From the IMG/VR virus record IMGVR_UViG_3300035190_001508, positions 1-62,350 of that record: a stretch of DNA of 62,350 nucleotides. One strand, written 5' to 3'. Source of the stretch: a virus. Its lineage: Duplodnaviria > Caudoviricetes. The translations under genes and the position numbers were made by a program. The notes beneath the pieces were generated by a model. It was not told the origin of the DNA and did not search any database. It worked only from the letters and a program-made list of their open reading frames with translations. This document shows, piece after piece, positions 19,850 to 28,371 of the stretch. Position 1 is the first letter of the stretch. The number at the start of each line of letters is the position of its first letter.

Positions 19850-21178
19850 TTAGGACGCTTCGTCAAGTCGCGTGTACTCAACACCGTGCAGCGTTTGCAA
19901 ATTCTCACACTTTTTGTTAATTATGTTGACAACGCCTTCTTCCACGGTGCCCGCCGCAACAACGACCAACTGCAGTGAATCCGACTTGGCGCCGTTGCGG
20001 TGCGTGCGGCCCAACACCTGCAGGTGGCTTTTGGCGTTAAAGGTTGGGCTAATTAGTGTAACGCGTTGCCTGTTTCCGTTAACGTCGTGCAGGCTAAGAC
20101 CGGTGCCCCCGGCCTCAATATTCACAACCAGAATCTGATCGGTGTCGTTCTGGAAGTTGTCAACCAGCTCCTGTCTCTGGGCTCCTGTTTGACCACCCTG
20201 AACAACCCCGCACTTAAGTTCTTGCGCTAACTTTTCGGCTGTCTCTCTAAAGTTTACAAACAGAACCACCGCCATATTCTGGTCCACGTAGTCTTGCGCT
20301 AGTTGGATTAGGTTGGGCACCTTATTGAACTCGGCCTCCTGCCTTGCGCGCAGCAGCCTTACAATAAATGGCTCGTCGTACTGTTCTTCTTCCTCGACGC
20401 TTGAGTCCAGAATGTAGTTCTCCAAGGCCGACTCGCTAATCTTGTTCTTTGAATAAAAGTCCTTGTTACAGGATACAGGAAGCATGTGCACGTGGTTCTG
20501 TTTAAAGCTATCCGGGAAATCGTTTATGGATAGCCTGTACGCCACGCCCTTGGTCCCGTAGAGTTGCGCGTTAAGATCCTTTAGTTTTGATTTGTCCCGC
20601 AGGTACCAGCTCCCCCAAGTGTCTTGGTTGCACCCAACCGTGTACATCCAGCTAACCCAACCCCGCAACGGAGCCTGTGCCGCGTTAAGGCTGTGTAGGT
20701 TAACCGCGAAACCCAACGCCCGCATTTCGGTCGGGTCCTCACAAGCGGTTGCGCTAAGCAAGTGCAGTTTGTACTTTTGTTGGGCCGCACTAATTAAGAG
20801 CTGAGCGTTTTGGGAATAAGCGCCCTTGCACTTGTGGACCTCGTCAAAAATAATTAAGGTGTCCGAAGGAAGCGCCCACCGCATAATTTTCTTACCGGCC
20901 TTTTTTAAATGCGCTGTGTTGCCGGTACGCAAAGACTCGTAGTTAAGGACGAATACCGGCTCTATGCCGTGCTCCGCAAACTCGCGTTTCCAACTAACAA
21001 TAACGGATTTCGGACAGACAACCGCGACCGGCACACCGAGCTCCATGGCCAAGCTAACGCTTACCACGGTCTTGCCGGTACCAACCATGCTGGTGTCCAA
21101 GCTGTTTAGGCCCCGTTTCCGGTGCACATTAACAAAAAAATCTTTAGCCCTTTGCTGGGCGGGGAACAATGTTTTCAT
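19850..21178 (-). CDS. Superfamily 2 (SNF2-like) DNA helicase
   Basis: VGTGKT, IFDEVH, LSATA, AGGTGLSL and QVLGRTHR motifs. Confidence 0.9.
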   Translation of the reverse strand: MKTLFPAQQRAKDFFVNVHRKRGLNSLDTSMVGTGKTVVSVSLAMELGVPVAVVCPKSVIVSWKREFAEHGIEPVFVLNYESLRTGNTAHLKKAGKKIMRWALPSDTLIIFDEVHKCKGAYSQNAQLLISAAQQKYKLHLLSATACEDPTEMRALGFAVNLHSLNAAQAPLRGWVSWMYTVGCNQDTWGSWYLRDKSKLKDLNAQLYGTKGVAYRLSINDFPDSFKQNHVHMLPVSCNKDFYSKNKISESALENYILDSSVEEEEQYDEPFIVRLLRARQEAEFNKVPNLIQLAQDYVDQNMAVVLFVNFRETAEKLAQELKCGVVQGGQTGAQRQELVDNFQNDTDQILVVNIEAGGTGLSLHDVNGNRQRVTLISPTFNAKSHLQVLGRTHRNGAKSDSLQLVVVAAGTVEEGVVNIINKKCENLQTLHGVEYTRLDEAS

Positions 21179-21480
21179 GCTTGCGTGTACAAAATAATCC
21201 CGGAATACTCAAAGCCATTACTGTCCACGTGATACGTCTCGTGACAGATTCTGGTAATTTCGTATTTAGTTTTTGGTATTACGCTTCCCACAGCAATACA
21301 AGGTCCGCCAGCTGGGTCTACAAACGCGAGGTCTTTGCAATCCTCTGAGGCATAAGCGGCGCGGTACGACAGCTCGTCGTCAAAACGAACAATCCATTTA
21401 CCGGGCTCTTCGAGCCTTGCGAACGTTACGTTGTCTCCTATCCGGTTCTTGTATATTATTTTCATTTGCGTATTTAGCAA
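21175..21480 (-). CDS. Hypothetical protein, paralogue of 23613-23897
   Basis: FVDPAGGPCIAVG versus FFEPTGGPRISVG. Confidence 0.6.
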   Translation of the reverse strand: MLNTQMKIIYKNRIGDNVTFARLEEPGKWIVRFDDELSYRAAYASEDCKDLAFVDPAGGPCIAVGSVIPKTKYEITRICHETYHVDSNGFEYSGIILYTQA

Positions 21481-21940
21481 TTAAAGCTGCGTCTACAATG
21501 CCATCGTGTGGTACTTTACTTTTTCCAACACACCAGTTTTGCGTGGGCCAGAACGAACTTGCTTTACTCAATGCGTAGGCTTTTGTCAAGCCCTTGGGTA
21601 TTTTTTCACCTAACATATTTTTGTGCCAAGACGGGACCTGCACACGCACAAACGGTATATCCGCAGCGCTGCAGACCCCCATTAACTTGCCAAAGCTTAT
21701 GGCCATGCTGCGCATACTTTGCAGGGTAGCCGCGTAATGCAGTGGTTCTTCTATTGCCACCAAGGGTTCTTTCCAAACCTTTAGCCACTTAAGAAGAGCC
21801 ACTGGATCTATTTCTCGACGATCTGCAAACCGTATATTTGGCATTGGTAAAATATCTAGAACGCGGCCGCTGGCTGCGTCTAGTGCGCAGCAGCCCCCGT
21901 CCAAACCGTTATCAATACCAATTATGTTTTTGTGTGACAC
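21398..21940 (-). CDS. RuvC-like Holliday junction resolvase
   Basis: IIGIDNG, VAIEE, SFG..G, V.P.W.K and HDGIVDAALIA acidic motifs. Confidence 0.8.
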   Translation of the reverse strand: MSHKNIIGIDNGLDGGCCALDAASGRVLDILPMPNIRFADRREIDPVALLKWLKVWKEPLVAIEEPLHYAATLQSMRSMAISFGKLMGVCSAADIPFVRVQVPSWHKNMLGEKIPKGLTKAYALSKASSFWPTQNWCVGKSKVPHDGIVDAALIAKYANENNIQEPDRRQRNVRKARRAR

Positions 21941-21946
21941 CCATAC

Positions 21947-21976
21947 AACTTACTGTAAATAAGTTGCAATTGTCAA
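21947..21976 (-). promoter_or_regulatory. Sigma70-like promoter (leaderless transcript predicted)
   Basis: TTGACA-N18-TAAGTT, ending 6 nt before the GTG start at 21940. Confidence 0.5.
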
Positions 21977-22179
21977 GCACACTTAACAGTTTTGCGGGGC
22001 GTTACCGTGACCGGCTGGACCGTGGATCTTTTGATTCTTACGCCGGTTAAACGTGCCGCGAGCGCTTGTGCGTGCTCGGGGCTAGGAGCAATAATAGCGT
22101 AGTCCCTGTAGTTTGAGTCTGTGAACGCTACTGCGTGCCAGTGTAGCTTTCCTGATTTGTTTATTGGTTCATTTGTCAT
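21973..22179 (-). CDS. Hypothetical protein
   Basis: 68-aa ORF in a tightly packed run of overlapping genes. Confidence 0.55.
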   Translation of the reverse strand: MTNEPINKSGKLHWHAVAFTDSNYRDYAIIAPSPEHAQALAARLTGVRIKRSTVQPVTVTPRKTVKCA

Positions 22180-22345
22180 CTTTAATCTGTTGTAAGAGTT
22201 CGTTAATTGCTACCTGCAGAAGGTCGATTTCTTCTGTTAATCGCTTTGTGCTGCCCAGTTTTTCTTCTTTTGCGCGCTTAAAATAAGCTTCTTTAAGCGC
22301 GACTAGAATTAAGTTCTGTGCCGTTAGTTTCGGTGTACTACCCAT
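22169..22345 (-). CDS. Hypothetical protein
   Basis: Likely start MGSTPK overlapping the upstream stop. Confidence 0.5.
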   Translation of the reverse strand: MGSTPKLTAQNLILVALKEAYFKRAKEEKLGSTKRLTEEIDLLQVAINELLQQIKDDK

Positions 22346-22535
22346 TACGGGACTCCTTCCATGTGGCAAGCGCTTTGGCCGCTTGTTCAGCGTCCGGCGA
22401 TACGACCCACGCACTTAAAGTGGAAAGCAACGCGTCCGCTAATTGGTCCGCGAGCGTATGTTCTTTTTCGTACAGCTGTAGTGCTTCCCGTTTGTCGGCA
22501 AGGATCTTTTCAATGGCGTCGTCAACAATACTCAT
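22338..22535 (-). CDS. Hypothetical helical protein
   Basis: 65-aa ORF. Confidence 0.55.
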   Translation of the reverse strand: MSIVDDAIEKILADKREALQLYEKEHTLADQLADALLSTLSAWVVSPDAEQAAKALATWKESRNG

Positions 22536-22540
22536 TTGGT

Positions 22541-22723
22541 TTATTTGGAATGGTAGTATTTAAGAAACTTCGGCAGTACTGGCAGGATACGCTCGACTGT
22601 CCACATGTCGCTCTGACACGGCGGGCAGATGGGGTCCATCATTCGTTGTTCCGGCTTGTTGCCACGGCGTCCCTTTGTACCACAAATGATACAGGTATAC
22701 TTTCTAGAAGGGAGCGTCGTCAT
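22541..22723 (-). CDS. Small zinc-finger-like protein
   Basis: CIICG and CPPC pairs. Confidence 0.55.
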   Translation of the reverse strand: MTTLPSRKYTCIICGTKGRRGNKPEQRMMDPICPPCQSDMWTVERILPVLPKFLKYYHSK

Positions 22724-22981
22724 TTAATTGTAGTTTTCTTCTCTGAAAAGTTCTTTGAAGTCGCGCACTGCTTCGCCTTTGTGGTGCACGAACAGGTCGT
22801 TGTACAAGCGGATAAGCAGACCTTTGTACTGGTCACGCTCGCGCATAACTTCAACAAATCGTGTGTCAGCCTCAATAGACATTTGATGCCATTTGGCACT
22901 TTCCTCACGCGCCTCATCCCGTTCGCGCTCAAGTGCGTCCAGATCAAAGCCGCTAATTACTATATCGTGTGTCCTGCCCAT
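22724..22981 (-). CDS. Hypothetical coiled-coil protein
   Basis: 85 aa with LERERDEAR and RERDQ motifs. Confidence 0.55.
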   Translation of the reverse strand: MGRTHDIVISGFDLDALERERDEAREESAKWHQMSIEADTRFVEVMRERDQYKGLLIRLYNDLFVHHKGEAVRDFKELFREENYN

Positions 22982-22982
22982 A

Positions 22983-23351
22983 TTATTCTTCGTTAAATTT
23001 TTCTTTCATCCTGTTGGCCGCAATCTTGTAGACCTCAAAGAAATCTTTGCGGTCGTCTTCTGACAAGCTCAAAATACGCTCGCCCACACTTTTCAGATCA
23101 GTGATGCATTCATCGGTGTCGTATGTGACGTAAGCAATAACCATGCACGACTCTTCGCTATTAAAAGCAGATACACTTATGGTGCAGTTGAGCTTGCTAA
23201 TGCGAGCGTTGTCGTCAACATACTCCCACCCATTAGCAAGATAGTCATTCAGTTGGCCGTAATAGCGGTTTGTGTAGTACTGTACAATGCTGAGTGTACA
23301 ATTTGCATTCTCTGATGGTCGTGCTCCTATGTTGTTGACTCTTATTTTCAT
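22983..23351 (-). CDS. Hypothetical protein
   Basis: 122-aa ORF. Confidence 0.6.
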   Translation of the reverse strand: MKIRVNNIGARPSENANCTLSIVQYYTNRYYGQLNDYLANGWEYVDDNARISKLNCTISVSAFNSEESCMVIAYVTYDTDECITDLKSVGERILSLSEDDRKDFFEVYKIAANRMKEKFNEE

Positions 23352-23529
23352 AATATGGAGATTGGTTACTCTATTAAGCTGACTAAGACCAATAGTACGG
23401 CGATCAAAATAAGCCTTTGTGTTAGATCGTCCATGTCGTCTTTAGTGTCGGTTTAGGGTTTGGTTTCCAGCGTAATGCGTCATATATGGCTAGTTAAGCG
23501 GTGTAATGCGTCATGTATGATGCGTTAAA

Positions 23530-23600
23530 AGCCCCATGAAAGAATCGAACTTTCGTCAGAAGATTACAAATCTACCGTTTTACCATTAAACTAATGGGGC
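23530..23600 (-). tRNA. trnT: tRNA-Thr(UGU)
   Basis: Acceptor stem GCCCCAU/AUGGGGC, D-loop AAUGGU, anticodon arm GUAGA-UU-UGU-AA-UCUUC (one U-U mismatch), T arm GAAAG-UUCGAUU-CUUUC. No encoded CCA. Confidence 0.9.
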
Positions 23601-23612
23601 GAAAACTACGGC

Positions 23613-23897
23613 TTAGGATTCTTGCGGCTCCTCGGTTTTGACCACAATAATATCTTTGCCAGCGCCAATGTAGTTAATGACTAGGCTCGGAAAGCTTTCG
23701 TCAAACTCCTGCAGATTTGCGCCAACGCTAATACGGGGTCCGCCGGTGGGCTCGAAGAACTCACATTCGTTGGACTCCGTGTTAACGCCGTACTGGTACG
23801 AACCGGATTCAATGGTCGCAACAAAAATATTTTTGTCGCCTTCAATTTTGCTAAGCGTAACGCTTGGCCCGTTGCTGTTTTTAATGGTGTATTCCAT
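23613..23897 (-). CDS. Hypothetical protein, paralogue of 21175-21480
   Basis: Shared F.[DE]P.GGP.I.VG motif and similar length. Confidence 0.6.
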   Translation of the reverse strand: MEYTIKNSNGPSVTLSKIEGDKNIFVATIESGSYQYGVNTESNECEFFEPTGGPRISVGANLQEFDESFPSLVINYIGAGKDIIVVKTEEPQES

Positions 23898-23918
23898 AAT
23901 GTTTGTTTTGTTGTTTTG

Positions 23919-24116
23919 TCAGATGCTATTGTCCTCCAAAAATTCTCGCTTGAACATAGACTCAGTAATGTCTGGGTGCCACGCCATATACGTCATCATG
24001 GTCCGAAATACAGTAACTAAGTTCTCCAACGGCTGGTCCCGCGGCAGCGAGAACTCCAGCTTGCTTCCTTCGTGGGGGATCTCCACAGTGATCTTCATTT
24101 GTCGGTCGCGGTTCAT
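23919..24116 (-). CDS. Hypothetical protein
   Basis: 65-aa ORF with an ATGA overlap. Confidence 0.55.
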   Translation of the reverse strand: MNRDRQMKITVEIPHEGSKLEFSLPRDQPLENLVTVFRTMMTYMAWHPDITESMFKREFLEDNSI

Positions 24117-24805
24117 GAGTTGTACGGGTCTTGATGTTTGAGGTCACAGTCTTCACAGATCCAGCCGTACAGCCAGTGGTAGCTGTAGCCGCGCCCGCAA
24201 GTACATTCTTCTTTAAGGTAGCAATTTGCGACCTTAGATTGAGGTTCCGGTTTGGAATCACAAGTTTCTTTAAGATCACAATTTGTGATGAGTTTGCGGC
24301 GGTAGGTTCCTTCGTTTACTTCTTGTTTGACCCAACGGGGAATATAAAGCGTCATCCAGTCTCCAAAGCCAACATAGACTTCGTCGCCGTCCTGTAGGGT
24401 TTCTCCGCTTTTCAAAATGCGGTACTCCTCTTGGTCCTTCTTAAGTTCAGAAAGCAGCTCGTGCAGTTTGTCGTACGACTTAACCTTGCTTCTGTCATCC
24501 TGTAGCTTGCCGCAGTACTCAGCGTCCAGCAGAATATTACAGCAGCACGCTACGTGCGCAATATGACTGATGCCGGATTCAGGGTCCAAGTCCTCGCCGT
24601 CACGCCACGCGTTAAGGTGTCGCAGGATTGCGTTGACGTAGGTACTAGCGCACACGCCGGTCTTACGCCAGTTGTGCGATCCGTACTTTTCCGAACCAAG
24701 CTTGTGCACCCACGCGGTCTGCTCCATGGCGTACGGTGGGATTAAACCAAGCGGAGTTTTAGTTGCGCCAACTGCGCCTTTGGGGTCGTTGTATTGTGTT
24801 TGCAT
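24113..24805 (-). CDS. dATP/dGTP diphosphohydrolase-domain protein (DUF5664-like) with a Cys-rich C-terminal extension
   Basis: KTPLGLIPP, GSEKYG..NWR, AILRHL.AW..GEDLDPESG..H.AH..CC..IL signature. Confidence 0.8.
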   Translation of the reverse strand: MQTQYNDPKGAVGATKTPLGLIPPYAMEQTAWVHKLGSEKYGSHNWRKTGVCASTYVNAILRHLNAWRDGEDLDPESGISHIAHVACCCNILLDAEYCGKLQDDRSKVKSYDKLHELLSELKKDQEEYRILKSGETLQDGDEVYVGFGDWMTLYIPRWVKQEVNEGTYRRKLITNCDLKETCDSKPEPQSKVANCYLKEECTCGRGYSYHWLYGWICEDCDLKHQDPYNS

Positions 24806-24811
24806 TGAATT

Positions 24812-25036
24812 TTAGTTAGTGAACACTAAAGAGTTAAACTGTAAAGACCATAAGTTGTCGCCTTCGTGGGTAGCCCGCAAAACCAACTCGCCTGTATCTG
24901 GGTGTGTTAGCATTTGAGTTACGCGTTTATTTTTAATTGGTGCTGTTGGCTCCGCGCCAATAGATTCCATTAGACTAACGAAGTCTTCGTTGGTGGCTAG
25001 CCTAGTCTGACAGTTGTTTATTGTTTTGGTCTTCAT
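24812..25036 (-). CDS. Hypothetical protein
   Basis: 74-aa ORF. Confidence 0.55.
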   Translation of the reverse strand: MKTKTINNCQTRLATNEDFVSLMESIGAEPTAPIKNKRVTQMLTHPDTGELVLRATHEGDNLWSLQFNSLVFTN

Positions 25037-25238
25037 ATTTTAGTTGTTCTATTTTTTGTTTGTACTCTGCTGCCCTATCAAATTGTCCTTCTTCCACTGC
25101 TTGGTCGTGGATCTTTAAGAGCTCACTGTACGTAGGCTCTTTTTGCTTCCTAAAAATAAAGTCGAAGTTATCTCTAAATGTTTCGCCCTCCACGCGACGT
25201 GGTAGGTCTCCTTTTCCTGCTCCGGTTCCAAAGCTCAT
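25002..25238 (-). CDS. Hypothetical protein with a UVR-like C-terminal motif
   Basis: GAGKGD.PR.V...F..NFD.IF N-terminus and QAVEEGQFDRAAEYKQKI. Confidence 0.6.
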   Translation of the reverse strand: MSFGTGAGKGDLPRRVEGETFRDNFDFIFRKQKEPTYSELLKIHDQAVEEGQFDRAAEYKQKIEQLKYEDQNNKQLSD

Positions 25239-25244
25239 GGGTGG

Positions 25245-25273
25245 TACTTATTACGCAACCGCCAGTTTGGCAA
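25245..25273 (-). promoter_or_regulatory. Sigma70-like promoter (leaderless transcript predicted)
   Basis: TTGCCA-N17-TAAGTA, ending 6 nt before ATG 25238, with a T-rich upstream element. Confidence 0.5.
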
Positions 25274-25362
25274 GAAAAAAATTTTAACGGTGTTCCCGCT
25301 AAGGAATAATTAGGTAGCGCCGGCCGTTATTTGTGCAAACTATTCCCGAACGGGAACCGTGT

Positions 25363-25659
25363 TTACCACAGGTGTTTGCACGCCCAGTACCGCGCGGTAG
25401 TCTTGTCCTTGGCGGACTGGCAGTTGTGCCGGGCCCGGAAATTAGAACGCCGCTTTGGGTCCTTGTGCTGAGTGAAGTCTTGGTAACCCCGCGCACCAAA
25501 CGAAACCTTTCGGACCTTGTCGCCCTGCTTGCCCAGCACCACAAACTTTTTCTCGGAGTCCTGCGGCGCGCGCTTGGGTTTATTAAAGCCAGCGAACAGC
25601 TCGCCGCGGAACTGAATCTTCCCGGACGGTAGTCTTTTAAAGTGCTTGGGCGTTGGCAT
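25363..25659 (-). CDS. Small basic phage protein of unknown function
   Basis: KKFVVL..GDKV.KVSFGA.GY.DFTQHKDPKRR.NFRARH.C...YWACKHLW, a motif I recall from other viral genomes. Likely start MPTPK. Confidence 0.65.
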   Translation of the reverse strand: MPTPKHFKRLPSGKIQFRGELFAGFNKPKRAPQDSEKKFVVLGKQGDKVRKVSFGARGYQDFTQHKDPKRRSNFRARHNCQSAKDKTTARYWACKHLW

Positions 25660-25669
25660 GGCTACAATA

Positions 25670-26266
25670 TTACTCGGCAGCGTCGTCCTCGTCAAGCAAC
25701 TCTGCTTCGACCGTAACCTGCTCAGACTTAACGCCTTTTGTCAGAACATTAAGGTTAATTGCCAGACCACCTCCGGCGGCACCCTTGGCGTTTAGGCCCA
25801 TGTTGGTCCTAAGGATTTCGTTAAGCGTGGCCAAGTCCCGCATGTTCTTAACGGCCGGGGGCATTGCCGCGGTGGTCTTTAGGATATTAAGCCCCAGCGC
25901 AACCATAATGGCTTGGTACCGGTCGGCCGTGTCTCCGGGCCTTTGCAGCGCCGTTTCAATTGCGGCCATGACCTGCTCGGCGTTCATTAGTCTTTCGGTC
26001 GGCGTAAGCACTTCTTCCACGGTCGGGGGCGGAGCGGCACCGGTTTCCGGCTCGTCCACTACCTGACCCAGCGCACCGCCGTGCGTTACACCGTTCTGCT
26101 TGACCCAACGGCGAACCGTGGTTGCGTCCACGCCAATGTTCCGGGCGATGTCCGGGACCGCGTGTCCTTGCGCGTATAGGGTTAGAGCCTTTTGACGCAC
26201 AATTGGGGGCTGCACGCGGCCCTTACTGGGATTGCTACTGAGCTTTGGATCTTCTTTGGCCTTCAT
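25670..26266 (-). CDS. HTH protein, putative terminase small subunit
   Basis: N-terminal HTH (ALTLYAQGHAVPDIARNIGVDATTVRRWV), helical middle and C-terminal beta strand AINLNVL. Close to TerL but on the opposite strand. Confidence 0.5.
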   Translation of the reverse strand: MKAKEDPKLSSNPSKGRVQPPIVRQKALTLYAQGHAVPDIARNIGVDATTVRRWVKQNGVTHGGALGQVVDEPETGAAPPPTVEEVLTPTERLMNAEQVMAAIETALQRPGDTADRYQAIMVALGLNILKTTAAMPPAVKNMRDLATLNEILRTNMGLNAKGAAGGGLAINLNVLTKGVKSEQVTVEAELLDEDDAAE

Positions 26267-26287
26267 AATATTTGCGGCGTAATGGTT

Positions 26288-26479
26288 CTACGCGAGCGGG
26301 TCGTAGCCCTCGAACACGTACGCGTAAGCGTGGTCCTCGAGCTGCGGGGGAATACTTATGCGCGTGACCAGCCGGTCAAACAAAACCTCAGCCCTATTCG
26401 GAAATTCAACGGCGAGCTCCCTGAGCTCATCGTATTCGCTTTGGTTTTCCACAAGATGTTCAATAAACTGCGTTTCCAC
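26288..26479 (-). CDS. Hypothetical protein
   Basis: 63-aa acidic ORF. Confidence 0.5.
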   Translation of the reverse strand: METQFIEHLVENQSEYDELRELAVEFPNRAEVLFDRLVTRISIPPQLEDHAYAYVFEGYDPLA

Positions 26480-26542
26480 AACGCATGATTACAAACACAA
26501 ATTACTTGCATTTGCAAGAAATATTTGCTTTGTTCTTTGCAG

Positions 26543-28321
26543 ATGGCCAAGTCACACAAGTATGATGCGTTGCTTTTGCCCGACGGAAGTTGGGACGTGG
26601 CAGGCATTACAGTAACCCCGTGCAACGAACTCAGTGCGCTTTTGTATGCGTTTGCCGAGCACACGGTTCCCGCGGCTAGAGAGTATATATTCTGGAGTAT
26701 TGCGGACATTCTGTGGAACGGTTCCGAACGACCGCAGCCGTTGTTTGCCAAGCACCCTTGGGCCGAACAAATGATTCACGCGGCCAGCCGCGAAAAGTAC
26801 TTGGCCATTGGCGGCGCGGCGTCCAGCGGAAAATCCTACACAATGGCTGGCTGGGCAATTGTTAACTGGCTCGCGGCACCGGACAGAACCCTGATTCTTG
26901 TAACCAGTACCACGCTTAGGGAAGCGCGCAAGCGGATCTGGGGCGCGGTTATTACCTTGCTGACCTCGGTTCCGGGACTCCCAATCAAGATTCGGGATTC
27001 AATTGGTGCCGCGAACTACATTGACGCGAACGGGGTAATTTATGACAGGGCCGGGCTAAGCCTTATTGCCGCGGAAAAGAGCAGGACCCGCGAGGCTACC
27101 GGCAAGCTAATCGGTATTAAGCAAGAGCGCATTATGTTGGTAGCCGACGAGCTTAGCGAGCTTAGCCACAGTATTATTCAGACAAGCCTTAGTAACCTTA
27201 GCAGTAACCCCAACTTGCGCGTGGTCGCCATGAGCAACCCGTGCAGTAGGTTCGACGCGTTCGGTGACTGGTCCGAGCCGCACAAGGGTTGGGACTCAAT
27301 TGTACCCGAAATAGAGTACAGCTGGCGTACAAAGTACAACGGTCTTTACCTGCGGTTCGACGCCGAGCAGAGCCCGAACATTCTGGCCGGAGAAGAGATT
27401 TACCCATGGCTGCCGACCCAGCAGCGAATGGACGAGGCCAAGGCGAACTTGGGAGAAAACAGCCGCGGCTTTATGCGAATGTACCGCGCGGTGTTCTTTG
27501 ACAGCGACGAGGCCGAGGGGGTGTACGGTGAGAACGAGCTAATGCGGGGCGGCGCGCTGCAAAAGACCACGCTGCGGGACTCCATTAAAATGGCCGCTTT
27601 GGACCCCGCGTTTACCAACGGTGGAGACCGGACCATGCTACGGTTTGGTGAGCTGGGCTACGACGAGCGCGGTCAGTACGTTCTGCAGTTTCTAGACTCC
27701 ATACTGTTGCACGAGGACGAGACCAACAAGGCGGTCCCGCGCACGCACCAGATTGTTAAGCAGTTAAAAACGGTGTGCCAGCAGCGCAACGTGCTGCCGG
27801 AAAACGTGGCTATTGACGCGACCGGTGCCGGTGCCCCGTTCTGCGATGTGGTGGCCAGCGAGTGGAGCCCGGAAGTTTTGCGGGTAGTTTTTGCGGGCAA
27901 GGCCACGGACCGCCGGGTCAGCATGAGCAACGCCACCAGCTGCTACGATTTGTACGGGAACCGCGTTACAGAAATCTGGTTTGCCGGTAAGGAACTGGTT
28001 CGGTGCGGACAGTTGCGCGGCGTGGACGCGGAGCTGGCAAAAGAAATGACCGCGCGCCAGTACGAAACAATTAAGGGCGGTGAAGGTCTGCGCATGCGGG
28101 TCGAGAGCAAGCCGGACTTCCGCAAGCGCACCGGATACTCGCCGGACAACGCGGACGCTGCGTTCTTGTTGGTTGACTTGGCTCGGAACAGGCACGGCCT
28201 AATTGCTTTGGACATACCCCAAAACACGCAGGACGGTCAGCAATCCAGACCAAACTTGAACTTTAAGGACCTGCAAATCGAAGCGCGCACCGCGCACAGC
28301 ATGCTGCTTGACTTTACTTAA
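26543..28321 (+). CDS. terL: Terminase large subunit
   Basis: Walker A GGAASSGKS, Walker B LVADE, MSNP coupling motif, nuclease motifs ALDPA..GGD, AIDATG and SPDNADA. Likely start ATG 26543. Confidence 0.85.
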   Translation: MAKSHKYDALLLPDGSWDVAGITVTPCNELSALLYAFAEHTVPAAREYIFWSIADILWNGSERPQPLFAKHPWAEQMIHAASREKYLAIGGAASSGKSYTMAGWAIVNWLAAPDRTLILVTSTTLREARKRIWGAVITLLTSVPGLPIKIRDSIGAANYIDANGVIYDRAGLSLIAAEKSRTREATGKLIGIKQERIMLVADELSELSHSIIQTSLSNLSSNPNLRVVAMSNPCSRFDAFGDWSEPHKGWDSIVPEIEYSWRTKYNGLYLRFDAEQSPNILAGEEIYPWLPTQQRMDEAKANLGENSRGFMRMYRAVFFDSDEAEGVYGENELMRGGALQKTTLRDSIKMAALDPAFTNGGDRTMLRFGELGYDERGQYVLQFLDSILLHEDETNKAVPRTHQIVKQLKTVCQQRNVLPENVAIDATGAGAPFCDVVASEWSPEVLRVVFAGKATDRRVSMSNATSCYDLYGNRVTEIWFAGKELVRCGQLRGVDAELAKEMTARQYETIKGGEGLRMRVESKPDFRKRTGYSPDNADAAFLLVDLARNRHGLIALDIPQNTQDGQQSRPNLNFKDLQIEARTAHSMLLDFT

Positions 28322-28335
28322 CTTATTTTTTTTAC

Positions 28336-28364
28336 TTGCCTAGTTACCGTTAATTTACTACATT
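28336..28364 (+). promoter_or_regulatory. Sigma70-like promoter (leaderless transcript predicted)
   Basis: TTGCCT-N17-TACATT, ending 7 nt before ATG 28372. Confidence 0.55.
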
Positions 28365-28371
28365 TCGCATT

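Noticed and set aside
23400-23529. tRNA-associated HDV-like (theta) ribozyme after tRNA-Thr
   Set aside because: The trailer starts with a U-run and I could not build the nested double pseudoknot.
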